Origin: an uncultured Methanobrevibacter sp.
GTDB lineage: Archaea; Methanobacteriota; Methanobacteria; Methanobacteriales; Methanobacteriaceae
Assembly (NCBI RefSeq): GCF_900317865.1
Contig: NZ_ONIK01000001.1
DNA length: 64,000 nt
Reading direction: 5' to 3' (one strand)
Positions 9,687-18,206 of this stretch are shown here, piece by piece (positions within the stretch are counted from its first letter, which is position 1; each line of letters starts with the position of its first letter). Both the position numbers and the translations under genes were made by a program. The notes beneath the pieces are model-generated. The model did not search any database. It was not told the DNA's origin and saw only the letters and a program-made list of their open reading frames with translations.

Positions 9687-10583
9687 TTAAATATTTCCCA
9701 AATAAACATTTTTTATTCCTTTTTTTATAGCAATTTCACGGGCTTCGTATAATATTTCCCTGTTTGTTGGTTCAATGTCTCTCATTTTATAGTATGGAAA
9801 TGCTCTTGAAAAGTGGAGCGGAACATCAGCAGACAATTCATCAACGACAAAATCACACAATTGTTCTATCTCTTCAATTGAATCATTATAATCATTAATT
9901 ATTAAATTTGTTACTTCCAAATGTTTACCTGCCAAATAAATGCTTCTTAAATTATCCAAAACTATGTCAAGGTCTGCACCGCATACTTTTTTATAGAATC
10001 TTTCAGACATGGATTTCAAGTCTATATTAAATGCATCAACAAAAGTTAAAATTTCATCAAGAGACTGACTTGACATGTAACCGTTACTTACATAAATCAC
10101 TTTCAGGTCTTTAGACTTTGCAAGCAAAGAAGTTTTTTTGTTGAAAGGTAAGTGTATCGTAGGTTCATTGTAGGTCCATGCAATTGACTTACAATTGTGT
10201 TTAAGTGCATTTTCTACAATCGTTTCTGGTTGTATTTTAATACCATTACCAAACTTTTCATATTCATGTGAAATAATATAGTTCTGGCAGTGCAAACATG
10301 TCATATTACACCCAAAACCCCCAATTGAATATGTAAAAGTGCCCGGCATGAAATGATTTAATGGCTTTTTTTCAATAGGGTCCGGACTTAAAGAAGAGAC
10401 AATACCATAACTCAAGTCAAAAAGCTCCCCATTTATATTTTTATGCTGTCTACAAACTCCAACATTACCTTCTGCTATTTTACAATAATTGGCACAAATC
10501 TCACATCTAATTTTTTGTGTTTTAGAGCTTTTTTTATATAAATCCTGACTAACTAACATAATGATTATAACCCCTGTTTTCAA
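9687..10583 (-). CDS. Radical SAM enzyme, AmmeMemoRadiSam-system / PFL-activase-like
   Basis: CNMTCLHCQN (CX3CX2C) cluster preceded by the N-terminal Cys motif CEICANYCKIAEGNVGVCR. The start may be the internal ATG (MLVSQD). Confidence 0.8.
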   Translation of the reverse strand: MKTGVIIIMLVSQDLYKKSSKTQKIRCEICANYCKIAEGNVGVCRQHKNINGELFDLSYGIVSSLSPDPIEKKPLNHFMPGTFTYSIGGFGCNMTCLHCQNYIISHEYEKFGNGIKIQPETIVENALKHNCKSIAWTYNEPTIHLPFNKKTSLLAKSKDLKVIYVSNGYMSSQSLDEILTFVDAFNIDLKSMSERFYKKVCGADLDIVLDNLRSIYLAGKHLEVTNLIINDYNDSIEEIEQLCDFVVDELSADVPLHFSRAFPYYKMRDIEPTNREILYEAREIAIKKGIKNVYLGNI

Positions 10584-11463
10584 TTTCTCTTACTTCACCA
10601 TTACTTAAAGTAATTTGGATTTTATTTGAATTGTTTACCTCACCAATTATAGTAAAGTCAATATTCAAGTCATTATCCTTATCAATAGTGAAAATCAATT
10701 CAAAATCCTCACCGACATGCAAAAGCAAATCCAAATAATTTAAACCCAATTTGGATGAAATATCCTTATATTCATGTGATATATTGAGTTTATCTTCATA
10801 AATCATAAATCCTAAAGAATCCGGCTTCATTTCATACAATTCAGATGCTAAACCATCCGTAATATCGGTTGCTGATGTTGCCCCAGAATCTTTAATAACC
10901 TTTCCCTCACCTAATCTGGCTATTGGTTTTAAAGCTTTCTTTGTATAAATATTATCTTCTTTCAGGTTAAAACCCAAGGCAGCAAGACCAATATCGCCCG
11001 TAAGACAAATCAAATCACCTGCATTTGAAGTGTTTTTCATCAATGGCTTATCACACAGACCTAAAGCTGTACCTGAAATAATAATTTCAGATGCCTCATT
11101 TGTATCTCCACCAATTAAAGGTATTTTATAATAATCGCAGGCATCAATGACTCCGCCTATGATCTCTTTAAAGTTATTAACCTCCAAATCCTTAGGCAAA
11201 GCTATTGAAAGTAAAAATCCAATAGGACTGGCTCCCATTGCTGCAAGATCACTGACATTAACAGTGACTGCTTTAAAACCCATTTGAAAATAAGACATTG
11301 CCCTGGGAAAATGCTTTGATTCTATAAGCATGTCACAAGTAGAAATAAGATTAGTATCTCTAAATTTAGTAATAGCTGTGTCATCTGGTATAATATCCTT
11401 AGATTTAGATAAAATATAGTTAATTAATTCTTTTTCACCAATATCTGAGACATTTAAAGCCAT
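10549..11463 (-). CDS. thiL: Thiamine-monophosphate kinase (AIR-synthase-related family)
   Basis: GEKELINYIL...DDTAI...DMLIESKHFP...GFKAVTVNVSDLAAMGASP...GGDTN pattern. Confidence 0.8.
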   Translation of the reverse strand: MALNVSDIGEKELINYILSKSKDIIPDDTAITKFRDTNLISTCDMLIESKHFPRAMSYFQMGFKAVTVNVSDLAAMGASPIGFLLSIALPKDLEVNNFKEIIGGVIDACDYYKIPLIGGDTNEASEIIISGTALGLCDKPLMKNTSNAGDLICLTGDIGLAALGFNLKEDNIYTKKALKPIARLGEGKVIKDSGATSATDITDGLASELYEMKPDSLGFMIYEDKLNISHEYKDISSKLGLNYLDLLLHVGEDFELIFTIDKDNDLNIDFTIIGEVNNSNKIQITLSNGEVREIENRGYNHYVS

Positions 11464-11547
11464 GTATATTAGTATTAATTTTAAAATAAATAAGTTTTAA
11501 GAAAAAAAGTTAAAAAAATTAATGTGAAAAAATCACATTAACTAAAT

Positions 11548-13077
11548 CTATTCAACAATTTCTATAGTATTACCTACCATTATTGAAGAATAATAGTTGT
11601 CATCCATCACAGCGAAGTAGAATAAATCTCTAAATCCTACAGGAAGGTTTTGACCAATACTTACAAGACCGTTTGCATCAGGTAAAGCTCCATAATAGGT
11701 ATTATTAAATAGAACAACACCATAGTGCTCACCAGTGATTGGATTACCTGAATTCTTCTCTTTTATATAAAATTGGATAGGTTGACCATATTTAACTTTA
11801 GTACTTACTACACTAATAGTAGGACTTATTCTTACTTTAATGAGGTTACTTGCAAGACATCCTTCAAAATTAGAAGTAATAACATAATTTCCAGGTATTA
11901 AATTAATAGTTAAATAAGCTGTTCCGTTTTCATCACTTGTTCTAGTATAAAATACACCATTAATATTAAAAGTTACATTCTTATTTTTAGCTATAGTACC
12001 ATCATCATTATAAAGAACTACAGTGTATTTAGCCTTGGTATTATATTCCATGGATATATTTCCACCAGTTTGAGAATTCTTAACTACAATTTTATTTAAA
12101 ACCTCAACAGTATTACCTTTTTGCTCAGTTGTAACAGGATTTGTTGCTGTTATAATATATTTGCCTGGATTTAAATTAATATTCAATCTTGCAGTACCAT
12201 TTTCATTAGTTGTTCTATTATAAAATACACCATTAATGTTAAATGATACAGTGGCATTAGCTAAAGGATTACCCTTACTGTCTGTGAAATTAGCATAATA
12301 TTGAGTTCCATTTCTGTAATATTTTTTAACATCGTTTGCAGTGATTGTTGGTAAAACTGTAATATTATTTGAAGTTACTTCCCCATTACCTTTATAAGCA
12401 GATATAACATAATTACCTGGATTTAAATTAATATTTAGTCTAGCAATACCGTATTCATTAGATTTACGCTCATACATTACCCCATTGATATTGAAAGTTA
12501 TGTCAGCATTAGGTAAAGCTTTACCTTGACCATCTAAAACCATTAAATAATATTGGGTTGCATTTTTAAAGGATTTGCGAACATCATTACCAATTAAAGT
12601 AGGTAAAACAGTGATATTATTTAAAGCAAATTCATTGGTTGCAGGGTTGGTAACTTTAATAACATAACCACCAGGGTTTAAATTGATTGACATCCTCATT
12701 AAACCATTTACATCGGTAGTTCTGTTATATTTCACACCGTTAATCTCAATAGGAATAGTTTTATTTGCTAACGGATTTCCACTAGCATCAAAAAAAGTCG
12801 CTTCATATTGTGTATCATTCTTATAATATTTCACTAAATCACTTGATACGATTGAAGATTGGGTACTATTTCCATCATCATCTGTATCAGTACCATTTTC
12901 CTGAATTAGACTTACATCACTACTAATATCAGTAGAAACAATATCAGCAGAGTCTAAATCACTACTAATAATATCTACACCATTATCATCAGCTATTTCT
13001 TCTGCACTAATAGCAGAAATTGAAAAAATAGCTAATAAAATAATTGTTATAAAAAATATATTTTTAAAGTTCATCAT
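11548..13077 (-). CDS. Adhesin-like protein (ALP1): signal peptide, acidic linker and repeated Ig-like modules
   Basis: N-terminal MMNFKNIFFITIILLAIFSISAISA. At least 4 copies of the module VKKYYxNxTQYxAxFxDxxGNPLANxxVxFNINGVFYNRTTNENGTARLNINLNPGxY. Confidence 0.85.
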   Translation of the reverse strand: MMNFKNIFFITIILLAIFSISAISAEEIADDNGVDIISSDLDSADIVSTDISSDVSLIQENGTDTDDDGNSTQSSIVSSDLVKYYKNDTQYEATFFDASGNPLANKTIPIEINGVKYNRTTDVNGLMRMSINLNPGGYVIKVTNPATNEFALNNITVLPTLIGNDVRKSFKNATQYYLMVLDGQGKALPNADITFNINGVMYERKSNEYGIARLNINLNPGNYVISAYKGNGEVTSNNITVLPTITANDVKKYYRNGTQYYANFTDSKGNPLANATVSFNINGVFYNRTTNENGTARLNINLNPGKYIITATNPVTTEQKGNTVEVLNKIVVKNSQTGGNISMEYNTKAKYTVVLYNDDGTIAKNKNVTFNINGVFYTRTSDENGTAYLTINLIPGNYVITSNFEGCLASNLIKVRISPTISVVSTKVKYGQPIQFYIKEKNSGNPITGEHYGVVLFNNTYYGALPDANGLVSIGQNLPVGFRDLFYFAVMDDNYYSSIMVGNTIEIVE

Positions 13078-13162
13078 ATCACATAATAAATTTTTATTAA
13101 TGTAATATAATTATAACTAATCTAATATATAAAAATTTTCAAAAAAAAGTTATCAGAACATC

Positions 13163-13645
13163 TTATAAATGTTCTGAAATTCTATCCTTAATAATATCAT
13201 ATAATCTTGTATCAATACCTAAAGGATCAGTTAAAATTATTTCACCATCAAATTCAAATTCTTCCTCATCTTCGTCATGATGGTGGTGATGATGATGTCC
13301 GTGATCATGGTCGTGGCCATGATGGTGGTGATGATGATGTCCGTGTGCATCCTCTTCTTTAAAATCACTTTCAATTCCAAGTAATGTAGGAATATCCCTT
13401 TTTGTGTGAAGTCCATGGGCAACAAATACAGGAACAACAATAATTCTTTCCAAATCATTATTTTCAGTTAATTTATTAATAGATTCAGGAATTCCTGGTT
13501 TTCTAATTTCCATAAATCCATATTCTACAGCAGTATTAGGAAATTCATCTTTAAACATATTAGTATAAGCTTCAATTACTTTTTTACCATCTTCTAATCT
13601 ACTACCATGGCTTAAAAGTAAAATTCCAGTTTTTTCGTCAATCAT
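13163..13645 (-). CDS. Small class II chelatase, CbiX(S)/CfbA type, with His-rich insert
   Basis: LLLSHGSR...VVPVFVAHGLHTKRDIP core. Insert HGHHHHHHHGHDHDHGHHHHHHHDEDEEE. Confidence 0.85.
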   Translation of the reverse strand: MIDEKTGILLLSHGSRLEDGKKVIEAYTNMFKDEFPNTAVEYGFMEIRKPGIPESINKLTENNDLERIIVVPVFVAHGLHTKRDIPTLLGIESDFKEEDAHGHHHHHHHGHDHDHGHHHHHHHDEDEEEFEFDGEIILTDPLGIDTRLYDIIKDRISEHL

Positions 13646-13876
13646 AATAACAACTCATTTTTTATTATTACTACTTTATAATTAAAAATATTTAAAGTTT
13701 AATTAATTAGATGATGGGACATGAACTCGTTAATTTTTAAATTTTTTTATTGATTTTTTCTTTTAATTTTATATAATATGAAGTATAATCTATTATTATA
13801 GATATAAATCTTTATAATTATTTTATTTATGGTTTTAATAGATTATACTATAATTATACTATGTTGATGCCCCATG

Positions 13877-14156
13877 AACTTGAGAAAATTGATTCCAAAA
13901 GACCATCCGTATTATTTTATTAAAAATGTAGCTGATTATATTGACTGTTGTGAAGCGAACCTTAAGTTTGCTGATATGCCTGACTAATTTGCTTATCCTC
14001 ATATTATTGTTTAGGTTAGTTTTGACGAGTGTTTTTATCCTCACATGAAATTGAGCGAATAACACCAACAGATGTTGGTTATATGTACTTAGCACATATA
14101 CAACATCCTAGTTATCTTACGATTTTGAGATTTAAGCGTGATTATTCTGTTGAATA
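13877..14156 (+). pseudogene. IS1182-like (DUF772-type) transposase N-terminal fragment, frameshifted and truncated
   Basis: Pieced translation NLRKLIPKDHPYYFIKNVADYID...(frameshifts)...ILLFRLVLTS...IERITPTDVGYMYLAHIQHPSYLTILRFKRDY matches the LIPxDHxxRFI...MLKLLLYGY...FMWL...PDHxTIxRFR pattern. Confidence 0.6.
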
Positions 14157-14211
14157 AACAAAATTTTTCTAAAAATAGAAATTAATTAAAAATTTTGCGT
14201 CCCTTCCTCAT
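14154..14211. repeat. 58-bp direct repeat, copy 1 (candidate IS terminal sequence)
   Basis: aataaacaaaatttttctaaaaatagaaattaattaaaaattttgcGtcccttcctca. 57/58 identical to 14716-14773. Confidence 0.9.
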
Positions 14212-14274
14212 TTTAAAAAAAAAGTTTTAAAGTATTAAAATACTTCATCAAATAATTAAATATTGTTTTGGATT

Positions 14275-14520
14275 TTAAGCTACCGGACCCGGATTTGCAC
14301 CTGAAGGTGAACATGGGTCAATTGGTCCGTTAAGACCCCAATTCGGAATTATTTTATGAATAAAAGATGGATCATATGGATCTGGAAAATCCCAATGTTT
14401 ATTTACGTTATTTGAAGCTGAATCAACATTCACACCATCAACATCAGAGGATGCTGAAACAAAACTCATACCAATTAAAGCAACTGACAAAACAAGTAAT
14501 GCAAAAATTATTTTTTTCAT
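14275..14520 (-). CDS. Small secreted protein (81 aa), unknown function
   Basis: Signal peptide MKKIIFALLVLSVALIGMSFVSA. Pro/Gly-rich C-terminus. Lies between the two 58-bp repeats. Confidence 0.5.
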   Translation of the reverse strand: MKKIIFALLVLSVALIGMSFVSASSDVDGVNVDSASNNVNKHWDFPDPYDPSFIHKIIPNWGLNGPIDPCSPSGANPGPVA

Positions 14521-14715
14521 GATTTATATCTCCCACAAATTTAATAAACAATACAGTAATTTTTATATTAATGCATGTTTTCTAATTATTAATTTAAATT
14601 CGACCATATATAAAGATTTGCGAATGCAAGTGGTTGCTTACATCGTATTTTAACAAAAAAAGATTACATTAGTATTATTTAGATAAAAAAATACAAAATA
14701 TCAACATAAATAAGA

Positions 14716-14773
14716 AATAAACAAAATTTTTCTAAAAATAGAAATTAATTAAAAATTTTGCATCCCTTCCTCA
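14716..14773. repeat. 58-bp direct repeat, copy 2
   Basis: Same sequence as 14154-14211 with one mismatch (A for G at 14762). Confidence 0.9.
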
Positions 14774-14802
14774 ATTAACACAAAAAAATAATAAGTTAAT
14801 AA

Positions 14803-15705
14803 TTATAAGGCATTATTAACTTTTTTAACTAAAATATCGATTAATATATCATCAGCCTTAATTGGCTCCGGATATAATATTTCACCATCAAAATCAATTG
14901 CTGTTAAATCATGATGGTGGTCATGGCCATGTTCATGGTCGTGGTCATGATGGTGATGATGTTCATGAGAGTGTCCTTCTTTTAAACCTAAAATTGTAGG
15001 AATATCATTAGTTGTGTGAACTCCAGGAGCAATAAATACCGGGATAACAATTAATCTCTCAATTTCATTTTCACTGAGTAAAGTATCAATAGCAGTAGGA
15101 ATATTAGGTTCTTCCAATTCCATAAATCCAAAATTACATGGATAATCAGTAGTTTTTTCAAATTTGGCAAATAATGCTGATGTAAATTCCTTATTGTATT
15201 TTAATCTGCTTCCATGTGAAACAAGTAAAACACCTGTTTTAGCATCCTCATCCAATTCAGATTCAGACAATACCTCTTCAATCCTTTTATCAATAAATTT
15301 AAGTAAATCGTCATCAGGGCCAATAGGTGGCAATAATTCAATTTCACCCTCAAAATCAACATCATCTGCAATTGATAAATAATGATCTTCAGGATAATTT
15401 CCATCAGGACATCTTGGATCTTCTTCCAATGGGTCTAAACCTAAAAGAATAGGAATATCAATATTTGTATGAATCCCAGGAGCTAAAAAAACAGGAAGCG
15501 CTATAATCTTATCTAATTCATCGACTTCATCTTTTAAAATATCAACAGCACCTGCAATGCTTGGTTCAGAAACTTTCATGTAACCGACTTCCGTTGCAAA
15601 TCCTGTTTTATCAATGAATTTATCTTTTATTTCTGTAAAAGTAACCTCACCATAAGGCAAACTGCTACCATGACTAATGAGTATAATTCCGTTATTACTA
15701 ATCAT
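14803..15705 (-). CDS. Tandem-fused double CbiX-type chelatase with His-rich tract in the second module
   Basis: Two modules, each with SHGS and P(V/I)F(L/I)APG(I/V)HTxxDIP. The second module carries HSHEHHHHHDHDHEHGHDHHHD. Confidence 0.85.
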   Translation of the reverse strand: MISNNGIILISHGSSLPYGEVTFTEIKDKFIDKTGFATEVGYMKVSEPSIAGAVDILKDEVDELDKIIALPVFLAPGIHTNIDIPILLGLDPLEEDPRCPDGNYPEDHYLSIADDVDFEGEIELLPPIGPDDDLLKFIDKRIEEVLSESELDEDAKTGVLLVSHGSRLKYNKEFTSALFAKFEKTTDYPCNFGFMELEEPNIPTAIDTLLSENEIERLIVIPVFIAPGVHTTNDIPTILGLKEGHSHEHHHHHDHDHEHGHDHHHDLTAIDFDGEILYPEPIKADDILIDILVKKVNNAL

Positions 15706-15790
15706 GATATTAATATTAATTAAATATATTATATAAAAGTAGTTATTAAAAAAAGTAGAAAAAAATTAAGGAAAGTATTAATTTCCAAAA

Positions 15791-16189
15791 TTAGTTTATC
15801 GGTTTAAATTTAAATCCGTAAGAAATAACACCATCAGGTCCATCTTCAGAAATTCTTCTAAAGACCATTTCTACAGGATCACCAATTTCAATATTATCAA
15901 TGTCACAATCAACAAGTTGTGAAGTTAATTTAGCACCTTCGTCTAATTCAATGACTGCAACAGCATATGGTGCCATCTTTTTGAAATCATCAGGAGGTGA
16001 TCTAATAACTGAATAAGTATAAATTTTACCTTTGCCGGAAAATTGGAATGGCTCTAATTTTCCTTTTCTTCTACAATTTGGGCAAACAACACGGGCTGGG
16101 AAAAATACATCCCCGCAGGTATTACATTTTGAACCAACGAGATTATATCTCTGTTGTATATGACGCCACATTCTAACAGTATCTGACAT
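15791..16189 (-). CDS. DUF35 Zn-ribbon/OB-fold protein
   Basis: CNTCGDVFFPARVVCPNCRR zinc ribbon followed by an OB-fold-like region YAVAVIELDEGAKLTSQLVD. Confidence 0.8.
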   Translation of the reverse strand: MSDTVRMWRHIQQRYNLVGSKCNTCGDVFFPARVVCPNCRRKGKLEPFQFSGKGKIYTYSVIRSPPDDFKKMAPYAVAVIELDEGAKLTSQLVDCDIDNIEIGDPVEMVFRRISEDGPDGVISYGFKFKPIN

Positions 16190-16393
16190 GTGTATCCTCC
16201 AAAAAAATTATTGATTATTAATAATTATTAATAGTGATGATATAAAAAATTAACTTAAAAAGTTTGAGCGATATGGATTGAACTAATATTTCAAAAAAAT
16301 AAGAAAAATTAACAACACCATATAAAGGATTGAAAAAATCACACAATCGCACTTCAAAAATTAATTTAAAAAAGATTATCCTAATTTTATTTC

Positions 16394-17338
16394 ATGTATT
16401 CTAAAGTAGATAACAAAGGAAATATAATTACTGGAACAACCATGATTTTAGTTGTTTCAATAATTTTAATGATAATTTTTGTTGTAAATAGCTTAAATTA
16501 TATGGAAAGTGAAAATGTCAATTCAGTATCAAGTGATAATTTCAAATACATAATTAAAGACTACAATAAAAATTTAGAACAATTAGGTAGAGATTCAATA
16601 GCTGAAGAGACTGATAAATTATATCATGCACATATAATTCATGACAGCAGAGGAGATATAAAAAAAATCTTAAATAATAAATTAAAAGCAGTTAACAAAG
16701 AATATAAAGAAAAATATGGTATTGACATTAGATCAGAAGTCATATCAGTAGAAAGTACGGATAGTCCATGGAAAGTATTATTTAAAGTTCGTGTAAAAGC
16801 AGATAAAGATACTGAAGAGTTTGATGGTATTTTAGAAAGCAATTCTTCAATTGAAGGTTTAAATGATCCTCTTCCTTATGCAAAATTACCTAAAATTCAA
16901 AGTAATATAAACCATCATGGAGACAAAATTTACTATTTTCAATCCTTGGCACAGTATTTGCGGATGCATAATGTAAAGGAATATAATGCATATCTTTTAG
17001 CCACGTCACCTTTAACAATTAAAAAATGTCCGTATGACCCATATTCTCATCATGGAGATGGAAATACACTAAGGGAATGTTTAAAACAAGGTTATTTTCA
17101 TGAAAGTGCAGACGGTAGCTGTTATTTATGCAGATTGGATGGAAAAGGAACCTGTCCCCACTATGGAATGGAAGTCTTTATTCAAACCCATACTACATCA
17201 AATGAAAGTGTATCATGTTCTGATCATGTAGTTTTCCATGATAGATACACCGGTGAAAAATTAAACAAATTAGACATTAACAGTTTAATTTTAGATGATT
17301 CTCATGCAAAAAAATATGGGTTGATTCGCAATGGATAA
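16394..17338 (+). CDS. Class III signal peptide (archaeal pilin-like) protein with a Cys/His-rich C-terminal region
   Basis: N-terminal VDNKG/NIITGTTMILVVSIILMIIFVV. Motif CPYDPYSHHGDG...C...GYFHESADGSCYLCRLDGKGTCPHYG. Confidence 0.55.
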   Translation: MYSKVDNKGNIITGTTMILVVSIILMIIFVVNSLNYMESENVNSVSSDNFKYIIKDYNKNLEQLGRDSIAEETDKLYHAHIIHDSRGDIKKILNNKLKAVNKEYKEKYGIDIRSEVISVESTDSPWKVLFKVRVKADKDTEEFDGILESNSSIEGLNDPLPYAKLPKIQSNINHHGDKIYYFQSLAQYLRMHNVKEYNAYLLATSPLTIKKCPYDPYSHHGDGNTLRECLKQGYFHESADGSCYLCRLDGKGTCPHYGMEVFIQTHTTSNESVSCSDHVVFHDRYTGEKLNKLDINSLILDDSHAKKYGLIRNG

Positions 17339-18206
17339 TAGGGGAAATTTTACACTTGAAATAGTGGTGGTCGGAATAATCATTTTAATGATTTTAGGTG
17401 TTGCTGCTCTTGCATCTGAAGTCTCACATGAAAAGATTTCAAAAAGTGTAGAAGACAATAACATTGAAAAGACAATTTCAGAAATAGCTGATACATTAAT
17501 AAATGATCCTGGGACTCCAATAGTATGGGAAGACTATAAACCTAAACGGGTAGGTCTTGCAATCATCAATGAAGAGGAAAATATAATCATGAACAGCGTT
17601 TCTTACTTCAAATTCCTAGAACTCGGCAGAGATTACGATAACCTGGTTACAAAAAAACTATTCAATAATAAGTTTCACTCAAATATGGAACTGAAAGCAT
17701 ATGACACATCTATTTCAAGTGTAAAAATAGGTTCTACTGAAACTGAAGATAACAATGTATTTAGTGTTACAAGAGTTGTAAAATGTGATTTTTTTAAAAA
17801 ATACGTAATCTGTGATTTTTTAAACGATGGAAAATGTAATCATAACCATAATCAAAAAGACCACAGCTGTAACTACTTTAAAATATTTCCAAAAAATTTA
17901 AAAAAAATGGACTATTATTTACTGATAGATGACAGCGAGAACTTACAATGTGAATATTCAATTGATACAACACACTTTAAAAGTTATAATGGAAAAAAAG
18001 TAACAAATACAGAAATTTATTTAAATAACGATTTAAAAAATTTATTTGAAGGAAATGATACGAGTTCTATCGTTTTTATTCACTTCAATAAGAAGGCTGC
18101 GAAAGCCGTGTTGGTTGCTGTTCCAAAGGAATTTGATAAAAATAAATTAAATTATAACTATTTTACTACACAAACATGTGATTTCACTATAAAAGCTTGG
18201 AGTTAA
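17331..18206 (+). CDS. Class III signal peptide (archaeal pilin-like) protein, Cys/His cluster
   Basis: N-terminal MDNRG/NFTLEIVVVGIIILMILGV. Overlaps the upstream gene by 8 nt (ATGGATAA). Motif CDFFKKYVICDFLNDGKCNHNHNQKDHSC. Confidence 0.55.
   Translation: MDNRGNFTLEIVVVGIIILMILGVAALASEVSHEKISKSVEDNNIEKTISEIADTLINDPGTPIVWEDYKPKRVGLAIINEEENIIMNSVSYFKFLELGRDYDNLVTKKLFNNKFHSNMELKAYDTSISSVKIGSTETEDNNVFSVTRVVKCDFFKKYVICDFLNDGKCNHNHNQKDHSCNYFKIFPKNLKKMDYYLLIDDSENLQCEYSIDTTHFKSYNGKKVTNTEIYLNNDLKNLFEGNDTSSIVFIHFNKKAAKAVLVAVPKEFDKNKLNYNYFTTQTCDFTIKAWS

Noticed and set aside
13237-13458. 73-aa ORF overlapping the small chelatase gene in another frame.
   Set aside because: It is an alternative-frame product of the His-tract repeat (ITTIM... 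repeats), entirely inside a well-supported CDS.
13859-14095. 78-aa minus-strand ORF.
   Set aside because: It lies antisense to a recognisable transposase fragment on the plus strand. It has no SD and a low-complexity sequence, so it is likely a shadow ORF.
14380-14420. Shared peptide VDGVNVDS between the 81-aa secreted protein and the 167-aa membrane-anchored protein (21187-21690).
   Set aside because: Only about 9 residues match and the DNA differs at synonymous sites. This is too short to claim homology without a search.
15164-15404. Two short ORFs (15164-15382 plus strand, 15201-15404 minus strand) inside the tandem chelatase gene.
   Set aside because: They are shadow ORFs within a confidently assigned CDS, with no independent signals.
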